A stretch of 63,842 nucleotides of DNA, the filler included, from Choristocarpus tenellus KU-1152 (taxonomy: Eukaryota; Protista; Phaeophyceae): the NCBI GenBank assembly GCA_964200185.2. It is 11 parts of 11 records of this genome, joined end to end, with 100 filler letters (N's around TTAATTAATTAA, not from the genome) between each part and the next. Parts side by side here need not be neighbours in the genome. Positions count along the whole stretch, not along the records: positions 1 to 14,496 come from CAXNAD020001173.1; positions 14,597 to 23,521 come from CAXNAD020004189.1; 9 more parts are not named here. One strand, given 5' to 3'. Each line of letters opens with the position of its first letter. Position 1 is the first letter of the stretch. The position numbers and the translations under genes were made by a program. Below, piece after piece: positions 12,124 to 23,417 of the stretch. The notes under the pieces were generated by a model. That model searched no databases and was not told where the DNA came from. It worked only from the letters and a program-made list of their open reading frames with translations.

Positions 12124-14496
12124 TAACCTTCAACCCAGTCAACAAACCTTGAGGAGAATGAGGAATGGAACGAGGCAAACGTGTCTGGAATGGATTGAGG
12201 ACAGTTTGCGCCCGGCGTTGATGAGTCTGGATCCAATGGAGGCGGAGGCGGCAGCATGGGCTGTGTTAGCTCTTCTGCAGTTGTCGGAGCTGCGTGTGTT
12301 ACGGAAGACATTGGGACCGGAGGTGGCGCTTGCCTTCCTGCGGGTTGTCCCAGCAGGACAGGTGTGTGTGTATCTATATTTGATTTTTTGCAACAGTGTG
12401 TATACGTGTGTGAGTGAGAGATGTATCTATATACATACATCTCTCTCTATATATATATGTGTTACGGAGTTTCACCTTGCCATATAGGAGGGGGGGGTTA
12501 TCTACGTATTACTGTTGAATACTTGAAAAAACGATTTATAATTATGTATAGATGTATGTTTATTGTGGAATGGAGTGTAGATCTATTTTGTGTGGACTTT
12601 TTTTTTGGACGCACGAATATTAGAATGCCCAAATGATAGTGCTGTGGGTTTCTGACTGTGGTAAGAAAGAGCCAGCTTCATAACCGGCTCTATTTTGTAC
12701 GATGGTGAGTTGTGGAAATTCTTATAAAAATTGTAAACATTATCATTTAAAATGAAAATTAAAACATGTTCGTTTGTTTTTTGAGATTTTGTCAAGTGGA
12801 TAAAATAGGAAAGTAGGGTGTATGACGTCACAGGCAGGTAGAAGGGAATGGAGGGTGGTATGATCATGGTCCCACATATCCAATACTTCACGTCTAGTGA
12901 TAAGTACAACTGTCTTTTCCCTGAGAAGTTCATTTGAAGGTACTCCTATTGAGGTGGTCTGATGCAGCATGTATTAAGTTAACTTTCTGCACAGTACGAT
13001 TGCAGAAGGTTGTGTTGTTACCTCTGTTTTTTTTTGTCAATACATTGGACTTGCCACAGAGTAACTCAAAGAGTGGAAGGATAAACATATTGAAAAAGCA
13101 ATACAGTAGAATCTCAAAGGTCTTTTTCTGGAGTGAAAATGAATTGAGACCCCAGAGTTTATTTTTGGACAAAAACAAGGTATTGAAATGTTATCCAATT
13201 TGTTTTACGACTCTTCTCAGCAATTTGCATATGTATATATATATATATTGTTTGTCCATGTACTTGGTTGATTTTTTATGTTATTAGATTTTTAAAATTT
13301 CCCTTTGTGTGGAAGAATGAGTTGTATGTAACCTCCCAAACACCCCTGAGGTACAAGGACTGGACAGGGTTATTTTGATTTGTCATTTTTTTATTTTCAG
13401 AGCTTTTAGAATTTTGGATATGGGGTGACTCCCTTCTAATTGATTTGGGTTGAAAAGGCTCACCTCTTTCACAGGATGTACAACTATATTAATGACATCG
13501 GTAGCTACTTTATTGCTGCATGTGGAGGGGTGGATACCTGTCCCTAATGTTGGACGCTCCCCCTGTTCCCTTCTACCTATAAAAAATGTCTCCATTGATG
13601 AAAAAGTCTGGTGCTGGAGGGGTTTCAACTCACGAAGTGTGTGTGGTTATTAGCTAAATGGTTCTGTTATTCTACAGCTGATTTGTATGGAGAAAGGGTG
13701 GACAGTGAAGGGACTGGCAAAGTGAGGAGATCGCGGAGATTGCCATTTGAGAGTCCTGTCTGTATATCTGCGCATCTAAAATCTCTGCATGAAAATTGAC
13801 TCAAATGACAATTCCATCCTCCCCCCCAAAAAGGCTGTTTCTGTGATAGTTTTACAATGCTCTATTTTGCCCTGCCATAGGGAAATTAATCCTAATAATT
13901 CTGTTACTAGTATACATAACTATTGCAACAATAAAGATAAAAGACAAAAGTAGATTCTCTTCGAAACCTCTTGAAAGATCCCTAAACTTGAACTCTACCC
14001 TAGCCCTTACCCTAACTCCCCCTATGGACTCTCCTTTTGAGACAGCCAATGGTGTCATCATATCACATCATGCCCTCTTCTCCCCCCTGTATATTTTCCA
14101 AGAATATTCCCAACTTGGCAATTGACTTAACCAACCTACCGTACCCCCTCCCCCCCACACCATCCCCACCCCACAACCTCAATCTGTAATGTAATGATTG
14201 ATCAACGCCGGAGAACTGTACTTCAGGCCACTCCATATCCTTTGGCAGCACGCCTGCATGTGGGACAGCAGGAGGCAGTGGCTGGTGCAGTCATAGCCCT
14301 GCAGGTTTCAGCCCCCACATCATTGTCAGCCCTGGTCCATCTGCCCCTCTCATATGCCAGATATTTCCCGTGCTCGAGTCAACGCATAGTGGTCCTCTGC
14401 GATATATTCTTCTTACTGATTGTGCAGTCGTCTTGCTGGAGAGCGGCTGGTGGGGATGGACGGAGTGTGGGGGGGGGGATGGGGGGGGGGATTCGG
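6777..14496 (+). CDS. Multi-exon gene for an uncharacterised helical (possibly HEAT/ARM-like) protein; 3' partial
   Basis: Phase-compatible GT-AG exons: 6777-6813 (MEGASQLGSLPK), 7203-7405, 7977-8072, 10003-10173, 10961-11173, 11701-12361 (spans the poly-G and N gap, so frame is unverifiable there) and ~14227 towards the contig end. The protein is Leu/Ala-rich; no family was recognised. Confidence 0.7.
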
Positions 14497-14596
14497 NNNN
14501 NNNNNNNNNNNNNNNNNNNNNNNNNNNNNNNNNNNNNNNNTTAATTAATTAANNNNNNNNNNNNNNNNNNNNNNNNNNNNNNNNNNNNNNNNNNNN
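14497..14596. other. Artificial contig-join linker (first of 10)
   Basis: N44-TTAATTAATTAA-N44, which gives stops in all six frames. The same linker occurs at about 23522-23621, 28087-28186, 30709-30808, 37229-37328, 42607-42706, 48593-48692, 53767-53866, 57745-57844 and 60908-61007. A separate ~10-N gap lies at 12060-12069. Confidence 0.97.
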
Positions 14597-14673
14597 AAAT
14601 GTCAGTAAAAAATGGTTGTTTGACCGAAACGGACGTCCCCTCACAAGCCCCCCCCCCCCAGATACTTTGACCC
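14597..14673. mobile_element. Right end of a poly-G-TIR element (family B)
   Basis: cccccccccagatactttgaccc is the reverse complement of GGGTCAAAGTATCTGGGGG. Confidence 0.7.
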
Positions 14674-15134
14674 GTTAGCAGTGCATTGGTTCCGTAAGTG
14701 TGGAGGGGCAAGATAAAGAAGGGAAGGAGGATCAATGAGAATAATGGGGGTGTTAGAAATAGCAGGTGAATGGTCGCTTGTAGCGGAACATGTTCCTGGG
14801 AAGGAGAATGATCTGATAGATGGAATATCAAGATGGGATAGGGATAAGATTCGATCTAACCTCCAACATCTTGTCCATGTGTCGATCGGCAGGAATAGTC
14901 CCTGGGTCGGGAAGGGGAGATGGTGTGTTTGATCGCCTTGCAACCCTGCTCGCCAGAGGGTCGGTTGCACCTTTTGCCCAGAAGTGTTATGAGACAGATT
15001 GGGAGCAGTGGTCTCAGTTCCGTATATACAGAGGATTGAGTGGGTGGTTGGGGCCTAGAAGTCGAGATATGGATGTAGTGAAGGCTCTAGCGGAGTCTAT
15101 GTGCTTTGTTGTGGGAGTTAGGAGAACCAAGTAG
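14674..15134 (+). mobile_element. DIRS/Ngaro-type tyrosine-recombinase retrotransposon remnant (RNase H C-terminus overlapping YR N-terminus)
   Basis: AVHWFRKCGG...MRIMGVLEIAGEWSLVAEHVPGKENDLIDGISRW fits the RNase H HxPGxxNxxAD-SR motif. It overlaps a second frame, LLARGSVAPFAQKCYETDWEQWSQF, resembling the YR N-terminal SAM-like domain. It contains a stop and is cut by MITEs on both sides. Confidence 0.7.
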
Positions 15135-15374
15135 GAATGAAAGTATCTCCTTGTTTATCCGTTTGGGGCTTGGCTTCCCACGGGTTTTTAGTAACATGTT
15201 ACGTACTCCAAAATATTTCGGGTAGGTAAAATGTGCACGTTATGAAAAGCTGTGTCCGGAACAAGGTTATTGACATCTCCTAACAAACACGATACCCAAA
15301 ATTACGAGAAAATTGCAACATTGGATTTTGCCCCCCAAACGGACGCATCTTTACCCTCTAAGGTACTTTGACTC
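15135..15374 (+). mobile_element. MITE family A, copy 1 (left TIR partly deleted)
   Basis: Shares the family interior; ends ...taccctctaaggtactttgactc; flanked by tag/tag. Confidence 0.88.
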
Positions 15375-15714
15375 TAGGCACAACCAAGGGTAAGATTCCC
15401 GCAATCCAGTACTACAACAAACAATTTATTCACTTCCAACTCTCCACCCATCATTTATTTCATGATTTCCTCAGTATTCAAGGGTATGAGTAGGAATCAT
15501 ACAAAAAAAGGCGCCAAAAAGGATCCACAACGCCGCAAATTCCATGAAGATAGCCCTCACAAACGCGACACTTATGGCATGTATAGTGTGGTGGACCAGG
15601 AGTATTACCCTGTATGGGTTGCAGCCGGACCCCGTTGCGCAGGGCATCGTTATATCTGTACAGTGCAGTTGTCTAAACTTGATGTGAGGTACTTATGTAC
15701 TGTACTGTACAGTA

Positions 15715-15729
15715 GGGTCAAAGTATCTG

Positions 15730-15765
<36 letters not shown>
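15715..15765 (+). mobile_element. Orphan left TIR (GGGTCAAAGTATCTGGGAG + poly-G)
   Basis: Same terminus as family B. The interior does not match the short MITE, and no matching right TIR is seen downstream in this contig. Confidence 0.65.
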
Positions 15766-15767
<2 letters not shown>

Positions 15768-16097
15768 AAGTGGCCGCTTCCCGCAGGGGGGGAAAATTGT
15801 CCGAAAATGTTGTGAAAAACGCTTAATGGAGTTAGTGTCTAGTTGGTATTTTTTGGGTGGAATATTGAATAGTCTGCATCTAGTAGTCGTGTATATACTC
15901 GGCGCTTTAGTTTTCGGAAAAGTAGCCTTTTTCGAGGTCGATTTCTGGGGTGGGTTGTTGTGGTTGTTAGTTTGTTGTGAAGTGTGGATTGGGCCGGTTC
16001 ATCTCTTGTGGCTTTATGGCCTTATCAATGTCGAAAGAGCGTGTTACGTGGGAGAGGGGAATGTGCGACCCTTGATTGTTGTCTCCATATATAAAGG

Positions 16098-16283
16098 GTG
16101 GAAGGAGGAACGCCGCATATAAAAGACAACACTAGGAGGGGGATGCGACGAATTATTTTCTGTGGTGATGTGTATTATTATTTGCGATGTGAAAATATGT
16201 GCTTTTTCTAGCAAACACAGAGAGAACTAAATTAAAGTTTCAGATGTGGAAGGAGGAACGCCGCATATAAAAGACCACACTAG
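16098..16283 (+). repeat. 38-bp direct repeat pair containing a TATAAAA box
   Basis: gtggaaggaggaacgccgcatataaaagac(a/c)acactag at 16098-16135 and 16246-16283, with 1 mismatch. Confidence 0.85.
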
Positions 16284-16975
16284 AAGTAATGAAAGACAAG
16301 AGACTGCTATGGTGTGTACAGATGGTGTCGAGCAGATTTGTGTCTTATTTTGTTGCATTTCGCTTAACTTTAGGCATGGCTTTTTGTGAAACCAGTCGGT
16401 CGAGCAATGAAAAAAAATGTGAGTTTGCTCGATACAAGAGAAAAATGCCAGGAAAACGGAGAAACCTCTCTTACAGGCTGAAAAGTTGTGAGAAAGTAAA
16501 TTACCCTCTCTTATATACCATTTTCTCTTATATTGGCCTCTCTTATGTAGGTACACAGACTGTATTCATATCGTATCATTTTTTTTATTATGATAGTAGT
16601 TGGATTTGTAGTAAAGTGAGGTTATTGTTTTATTATATTTTTAACATATTTGAAAACTACAGAGTCATCATCACTTGGTCTTGTTTGCATCCAGCCACAA
16701 ACTAACAAGACATACAAAAAAGCATATCGATGTTATAGCGATATGATAATTGGAGTATTCTTGGTAAACTTGGATGACGTCAAGATGTGTAGGTATTGGT
16801 TGTTACATGTCTCAAATGTGATGAGGTAATCGGTTAGGTTGGATTGTTAGATGGTAATTGGCATCAGATGGAAGTCCTCCTTAGCGAATCCCTTTAACCT
16901 CAGTCAAGCAAACGAACGCACAAGGGTTAGGTATTGCAGACAATACAGTCCTAGCATTACAAGTACTCAATTGAT

Positions 16976-19900
16976 ATGCAGCCGAACACTGCTAAGCTGG
17001 GACTAGGGACGCTGATGGATATCGGTGACGAACACAGTTCCTCATCACGTCAGAACCACACATGCCTTCATTCTGACCAGGATCCACTAACCGATGAGCC
17101 CGTGTGCATTGGGTTGAGTGGAAAGGGGTTTTGCCATCCGTCGCAGCGACGATCCCAAGGGCAGGCTGATGTGTGTTTGGGAGAGATAGTGAAGAGTAGA
17201 AGACTGAAGCTCGAGGGGAAGGGATTCAGGCATAGGTGCACGAAGGAGAGTTGCGATAAGAATGTGTCTGGTCCTTCAAGAAGTACTCTGAAAATAGGAG
17301 GAGGCAACAATATTGGAAGGAGGTCCACACTCTGGCAGGATCTGGATGCTCAACTAGAACACTTGCGAGCTACTCCGTGCACTTCTCCTCAGATGAGGGG
17401 AAAGAGGAATTCAGGACAGGACATGGTGGTACCACCATCTGATGATGATACTTCTGTCAACCAAAGGCAGGGGCAGAAGCGTAGGTATGCGTCAGTGGGA
17501 GGGATGGTGTCGAAAGATCAAGCTGTCCTATCGATTGAGAAGTTAAAACTACCGATCTGTGGTGGCACCACACATCTCAGTATACACGAAGCACAAGGAA
17601 ACGGATCAGCTAGACTAAAGTCTGCCTTGAATGCAGTGTGTTCATTCTTCGAGACTGTGACAATCCAGGTAATCAAAACAAAGCTGTGTTGGGATATACT
17701 AAGTATGAACTCCGAAGTACTATGAAGTAGATTTTTTTTTCTATGCATGATAAATATATTTCAGTTCAACCTTCCTTGTAAGAAGTACGGTAATAACAGT
17801 GCTAGTAAGTAGGCTCATATTTGTTTGTGCCCCCCCTATCTGGTGTACCTTGCTTGTAAGGCCCTCGCTAAGTGTGAGAAGGCACTGCCTTCTATCTTCA
17901 CCGAGGTCCCAAAACTTGAAGACGTATGCCTCAGGTGGAAGTCTATTCCACTGTGCCTAGCTATTGGCTTTGGCAACATGGATAACTATGAGGCGGGCAC
18001 AGTCTTGGAAGCATTTGCCCTAGGCCACAACACACCCTCAATTGGGAGTGCATACAAAGTGGGGTCCTACATCAAGGGTGCAACAATAACAAATTACGTG
18101 AGAGATGTGCTTACACACAGAGCAGAGAGATTTTATGGGTGCAACTTATCGGATGAGGATTTGGAAAGTGCTCAAAGGGGGAGAAGATGGAAGAAAAGGG
18201 ACTCTCATCCAGGTCTCTTCAAAGTGTGGTTAGCAGTGGAAAATCGGGTGAAACGACGTGAGCAGGTGGAAGGGCTAGGTCAGGACAAACTAGTGATGAA
18301 AGCTGACTCAATCTCCATCTCAGAGCTTAACATGGTGAAGAAGCGCACTGACGAATGCATGGCTGTAAGCAAGACCCTAAACGATGCACACAGCTATGTC
18401 AGGCATGCTGTCGCTGGCGCCATCCAGGAGATTCTCCACCTGACTGGTTTGAGAACCCTGGATGAGCTTGTGAACATCAAGTTGACCGATTTCAAGATCC
18501 AGGATGACGGGAGCTACTTCTATAGGAACAGTTTTGTGAGTGTTTTCTATCTCCATTTTTTTGTCTCGTTTTGTGCATACCTGTTTATACTAGTAGGCAT
18601 TTGCTGTACTGTGGCAGAGGAAATATATATTTTAATAGCATGTTTCTTACTAGAATTTGTAGTACCATCTAGGGTACACTCTATGCAGCCTTGTTCAATC
18701 CAAGATATAGTGGATCTCGGTTCAATTTAAATATCTGTATTTTTTACCTTTTGTTGTTGTGGTAGAGTAGTGGTAAAATTCATTTGCCTTGGAACTCTTT
18801 GTTTTGCCCTTATGGATGCTTCCCATGTGTACGGTGGGTTTTTTATTTCTTCGACTTAACATGTCTCCTTTATCATGTCTCTGCTTGTTTTTTCTTTAAA
18901 CAACCAGTACCACTTGATTCCAAGCCTAATCTGCCTCTCTTTTTTCTTGCCCCATGTCCTTGTTTCCAAGGGTGAGGAATTCTGTGAGCTAACTCCCACG
19001 CACTGCATAAAATCTCGGCCTAATCAGCACATTCACCGAAGTGATCATGGGAAGGAGCAGCAGCCAATATGTATTTCCTCCCTGCGCTTTGAGAAACTGT
19101 TCCTTCTACTCATTGCACATCGCCCTGTTAATGCTGATGACCGCCTCTTCCTCAAGCCATCAAGGAGTAACAACATCACCATAGCAGCTGACTCCCCTCC
19201 TTGGTTCATGACACACCCTCTCGGGAAGAATTCTACCTACTTTAACTGCATCCTGCCATATGCGAAGGTGCTGGGACTCTGTACACACCTCACCAACACC
19301 TCTGTCAGGTGCCTTGTCCAGACACAGCTCAGCCTTGCCAACGTGCCAGCAGTTTTGAGCAATATCATTATTGGGCAGATGTTGGGCAATGAGAGTGTGC
19401 ACGCCACACGTAAAGTACATCTTGGAGCTGATTCTTGGATCAATGCTATCTATACTGAGGGTATGCGCAACAAGGTGGTGAGGGAACTTGTTGCAGTAAT
19501 TCTTGATGGGCGTGGGACATGGGACAGCCTTGAAGGTGATGATAGAATCCGGGGTACTATCACCATCAATAATATGAATGAATTCCCTGCTGGTATATGG
19601 ACAGTGCCTTCTTTGCTCCCATTCACTCCTTCTACCAGTTTAACAGACTCTCCTGCTTGTGCAACCCCTGAGGCACAGACACGGCAATATCGAGGTGTTC
19701 CCCATTCAATGGAAGAGGTCAGGGATTTCAGCCGTAAACGTGAAGGCTTGCCTCCTCGTGCATCAGATCCATACTTCTCTGTGTCATATGGTCCGATGAC
19801 CCAGCCACCACATAGCGTTTCCATTAGCACCCTTTGCAGGAAAACTTCTGCCACGACTGCACAATCTGCTTGTCTTAACAACGTGGCGCCTCAGAACTGG

Positions 19901-20239
19901 GTGGAACTTGTGGACAGACATGATATGATGCTGCAGCTAGGCAAATCCCAATCTATAGGCACTTCCTTCTCACCACAGTTTGAATCATATAACGAAAGAG
20001 CAGGACCTTTTGACAATGGAATTGGTCGCGCTTCCTCACTATCGTGTGCGATGGGATCGCCTTTGGGCAGGGTATGTCAAGCACCCTGTGCATCAACACC
20101 TACTTTAACGGACATCCAAACTTCTCTCGTGGATCGGGCGGGCTGTGGTGACCTTACGTCATCCTGTGTTTCTTGTGGTGCGTCCTTTCTTAGCCTACCC
20201 AATTATAACTTTTGCGGAGTGTGTGGTAAGAAGCGATAA
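16976..20239 (+). CDS. Crypton/DUF3504-type tyrosine-recombinase-domain protein with C-terminal zinc ribbon (~878 aa, 3 exons)
   Basis: Exons 16976-17668, 17861-18535 and 18971-20239, joined by two phase-0 introns (GTAATC..TAAG and GTGAGT..CAAG). Motifs: VENRVKRREQVEGLGQ...KADSISISE; TGLRTLDELVNIKLTDF (box I Arg); RLFLKP...WFMTHPLGKN...LTNTSVR...L...VP...IIIGQ (DUF3504 pattern); terminal CVSCG-x8-FCGVCG. Confidence 0.8.
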
Positions 20240-20558
20240 GCACAAGCACACGTGTTTCTCGTTGCTTCATCTTTATGTTCAATCATACCTCTTGTTGTTA
20301 CTTGTAGGTGTTACTTCTTGCACATTTTGGTTTGTCCTCACGTGGCAGATAACATACAGTTTGTGTGTTCTTTAAGATAGTGTTTGTTGGAACCTGGGGT
20401 TGAATGAATAGTGCCCTCTTGCATGGTGACAGGTTGTTTGTATTGAAGGGGTGTGATAGTGCAGTGAAGCACTGATGAGTTCGTGCTGGTGAACCTTGTG
20501 ACATGCTCTGCACAGTCAAAAATATTTGGTACATTTATGTTTAATATTCCGTGGTACA

Positions 20559-23060
20559 TTAAAAGGAAGAGATTCGTGCTCTGTGTAGAGGCTTGTCACC
20601 TTGTGAATAAGGGTTTTGTGGATGTTTAACTCTCAATATGGAGCATTCAGTTGTGTATCTGGTATACTTAGTGCAGAGTGAGCTCACAGTGTCTATGTGG
20701 GGACAAGTCCAACCAGGATAAAGACAATAAAAAATATTTGAGATAACTCTGGTGGTTCTGTTGTGGAGATAACAAAAAAGAAACAAACTCTAATCAATTT
20801 CTGGGACAAGTCATGTGTGGAACATACAATGCTTGTTTGATTGATAGATGTCGACTGTTCCGTACTTGCTATGAACCATGGAGTCGAATTCTTTTGAGAT
20901 TCTCTTCATTTCCTATGTGGCCCCTTTCCCCCACTTGTAGATACACTTTTTGATGTAATGTCTGAGAGACTTTTACAATGTTAGGAGTTAAACCAAAGGA
21001 GAGATATGCAGGTTTTGGTCATGTAGAACTTCAAGCTAAGTTTATTTTAGTGGTCAACTTAATTGATTTTCTATCTTTTTGTCCAGAATCGAGGGTCACA
21101 GGAAGAAATGAAAGAATAGCCTTTCAATGTATTGAAAGCTCTGCTGGGGTGTTCCATCCAAAAAGTACATATGTTGAGGTAGAGAAGTATTTTTGAAGAG
21201 ATATAACAACATTATTATATAAAATATCTCAGACACACACATATTCATGTGAACCAACGTATCTTAGAGGGCAGGGGCGCGTCCATTTGGGGACCAAAAT
21301 CCAATGTTGCGATTATGATGTAATTTTGGCTATTGTGTTTGTTAGGAAGTGTCAATATCCTTGTTCGGACACATCTTTTCATGACATACACATTTCACCT
21401 ACTCCGAAACATTTTGTTGTAGGAAAATGCCATTAAAAAAAACTGGGAAGCCAATCCCCAAACGGACAAACAGGGAAAAACTCTTACCCTCTAAGATACT
21501 TTTACTCTGTATATCATCATTTCCTCAAAAGCTTCTGAATCATCATTAAAATTATGTGTGACTTGGTCCGCAGTTGGTTTGCACTTAAACATAAAGGTAT
21601 CGTGGTGATTGCCCTCCACAATAAAAGACTGATACCGTCGAGGATGGATGATTTGTGTGTCGATGATGTTGATCAGTGCCTCCTTGATGTCAGGGAGGAG
21701 GATGGACTTAGGGAGTAGAAGAACAGGTTTCCGTGACGCAGTTGCAACCTATGTAGAGGGAGGCATGTCATTATTCGATGAAGGATTGAAAAAAACATTA
21801 TCTGCCTTATGTACAGCGAAAAATGACTTCTTGTTGGTAGGTGTTGAGGAAGCTGAACGTTTTCCAACGTTTGAAGAAAATAGAAACATTGTGGATTAGA
21901 AATTTGCAATATATGTATAAAGTGAATGTGGGTGAGAATGTGTTGAAGCAAGCATTTCCCATGCGCAGAAGGTAGGATACTTATTTGCACCGGTGTCTAT
22001 ACCTGCCATTGAAAGAAATTGAAAGTATGAGACTCCAGGGAGATTCTCCTTCAATGAGACTTCAGATTCCTTATCAAGCATGCAAGGTCATTTCCACATG
22101 GGATGTTCCTCCCATCTGCAGTCTGCGCATGTGCCCTTGATGAAAGACGGCATAACTGTTGTAGTCACAATATCTTCATCCCCATCATCGGTCGGAGGAG
22201 TGTCTAGTCTATTGCACCTGCAGAGTGGGAGCACGTGAGAGTATGAGTCCAGTAGGTGTAGAGAAGAAGTTCTCAAGCATGTAGTAGTTGCTGGGAAGAG
22301 AACGTCGGGAAGGAAAGGGTTTAGAGAGAAGGCGGTGGGGGGGGGAGGGGGGTCACCCCTCTTCAGAAGGGAAATGGTTGGAGCGTTTTGATGATAGTGC
22401 TGCTAGGTCTATGGGATAATTGGTGTGGGAAAAGGGGAATGCTTGACAATCGTGACAGTGAGAGGACAGGAAAGTCTGCATTTATTCGGATCATGCTGAC
22501 ATAGGAGAAGGGAAACATCGGCGGTGCTGGTTTCACGAGAGGATGCTCATTACTTTGTGGGACCCCTCAGAGCATCTGATAGGCTTTGATTTGCACCCCC
22601 AACCATTCTCACAGAAGTCGCAGTTGCATGAGCAGATGTGATTGGCTGTCTGTCCCTGTGGCTTGGTGTGGGCTTTGTCCCAGTTCTGCCTCAAGAACTT
22701 GAAGAGGTCTGTCACAGAGAGGTGGTGGGGGCAAGAGCAGAACCTTGAAGGGTGGGTGTGACGTAGAGGGACTGGGGGAAGAGGATTGACGAGCATGATT
22801 TTTCCGTTGGGAACGTTTGAAGGCGATAGTTGGTCCTATTGCAAGCCACAGGCACGACTCACTTGAAGAAGAAATATACACTCCTCTGCGTGCGTTTGGG
22901 CTGGGGTTCCTGATAAAGGACTGCTTCATCTCAACGAAGGTTGTCCTCAAACGCACAGGGTCATGCCCTTCTCAGTCGTCATGACACTCGGTACTTGTTC
23001 TCATAGCGTTTTTAAGAGTTGTTCCTCTTGCCACTGAACAACCATGCGCCATTAGTGAGC
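20559..23060 (-). pseudogene. Decayed, apparently spliced Cys/His-rich coding remnant (transposase-like, possibly Sola2-related)
   Basis: Fragments LRTTFVEMKQSFIRNPSPNARR / FCSCPHHLSVTDLFKFL / CSCNCDFC / IKGTCADCRW...GVSYFQF, with acceptor-like sites (ttctcctcag, ctctgcag), stops and frameshifts. Interrupted by the MITE at 21251. Confidence 0.4.
21251..21507 (-). mobile_element. MITE family A, copy 2
   Basis: TIRs gaaccaacgtatcttagaggg / ccctctaagatacttttactc; flanks tgt/tgt. Confidence 0.9.
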
Positions 23061-23157
23061 CTGAGGAGAAGCATACAGAGGGGAAAGTGAGTACAGATAT
23101 AGGGCGACTATTGATAGGATTGAAGTGGCATGGTGTATGTTGTGCATAGCAGGTGGA

Positions 23158-23417
23158 GAGTCCAAGTATCTTAGAGGGTAGAGCTGCGTCCATTTGGGGG
23201 ACAAAATCCAATGTTGCGATTTTGATGTAATTTTGACTATCTTGTTTGTTAGGAAGTGTCAGCATCCTTGTTCCGGACACACCTTTTCATAATGTGAACA
23301 TTTTATGTACTCTGAAATGTTTCGGAGTAGGTAAAATGTCATAAAATAACCGGTGGGAAGTGAAGCCCCAAACGGACAAACAGGGCAAAACTTGTATCCT
23401 CTAAAATACTTTCATTC
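23158..23417 (-). mobile_element. MITE family A, copy 3
   Basis: gagtccaagtatcttagagggta...tatcctctaaaatactttcattc; 4-bp TSD tgga/tgga. Confidence 0.92.

Noticed and set aside
20385-20503. Possible solo LTR (TGTTGG…TGACA) sharing tgaagcactgatgagttc with 50070-50087
   Set aside because: Similarity is patchy and there is no TSD, so it is too weak to call.
20890-21180. MYFLDG and KWGKG as Sola2 catalytic motifs (SDG, HGKG)
   Set aside because: Spacing and frames do not fit the expected arrangement, so this may be coincidence. Not used as evidence.
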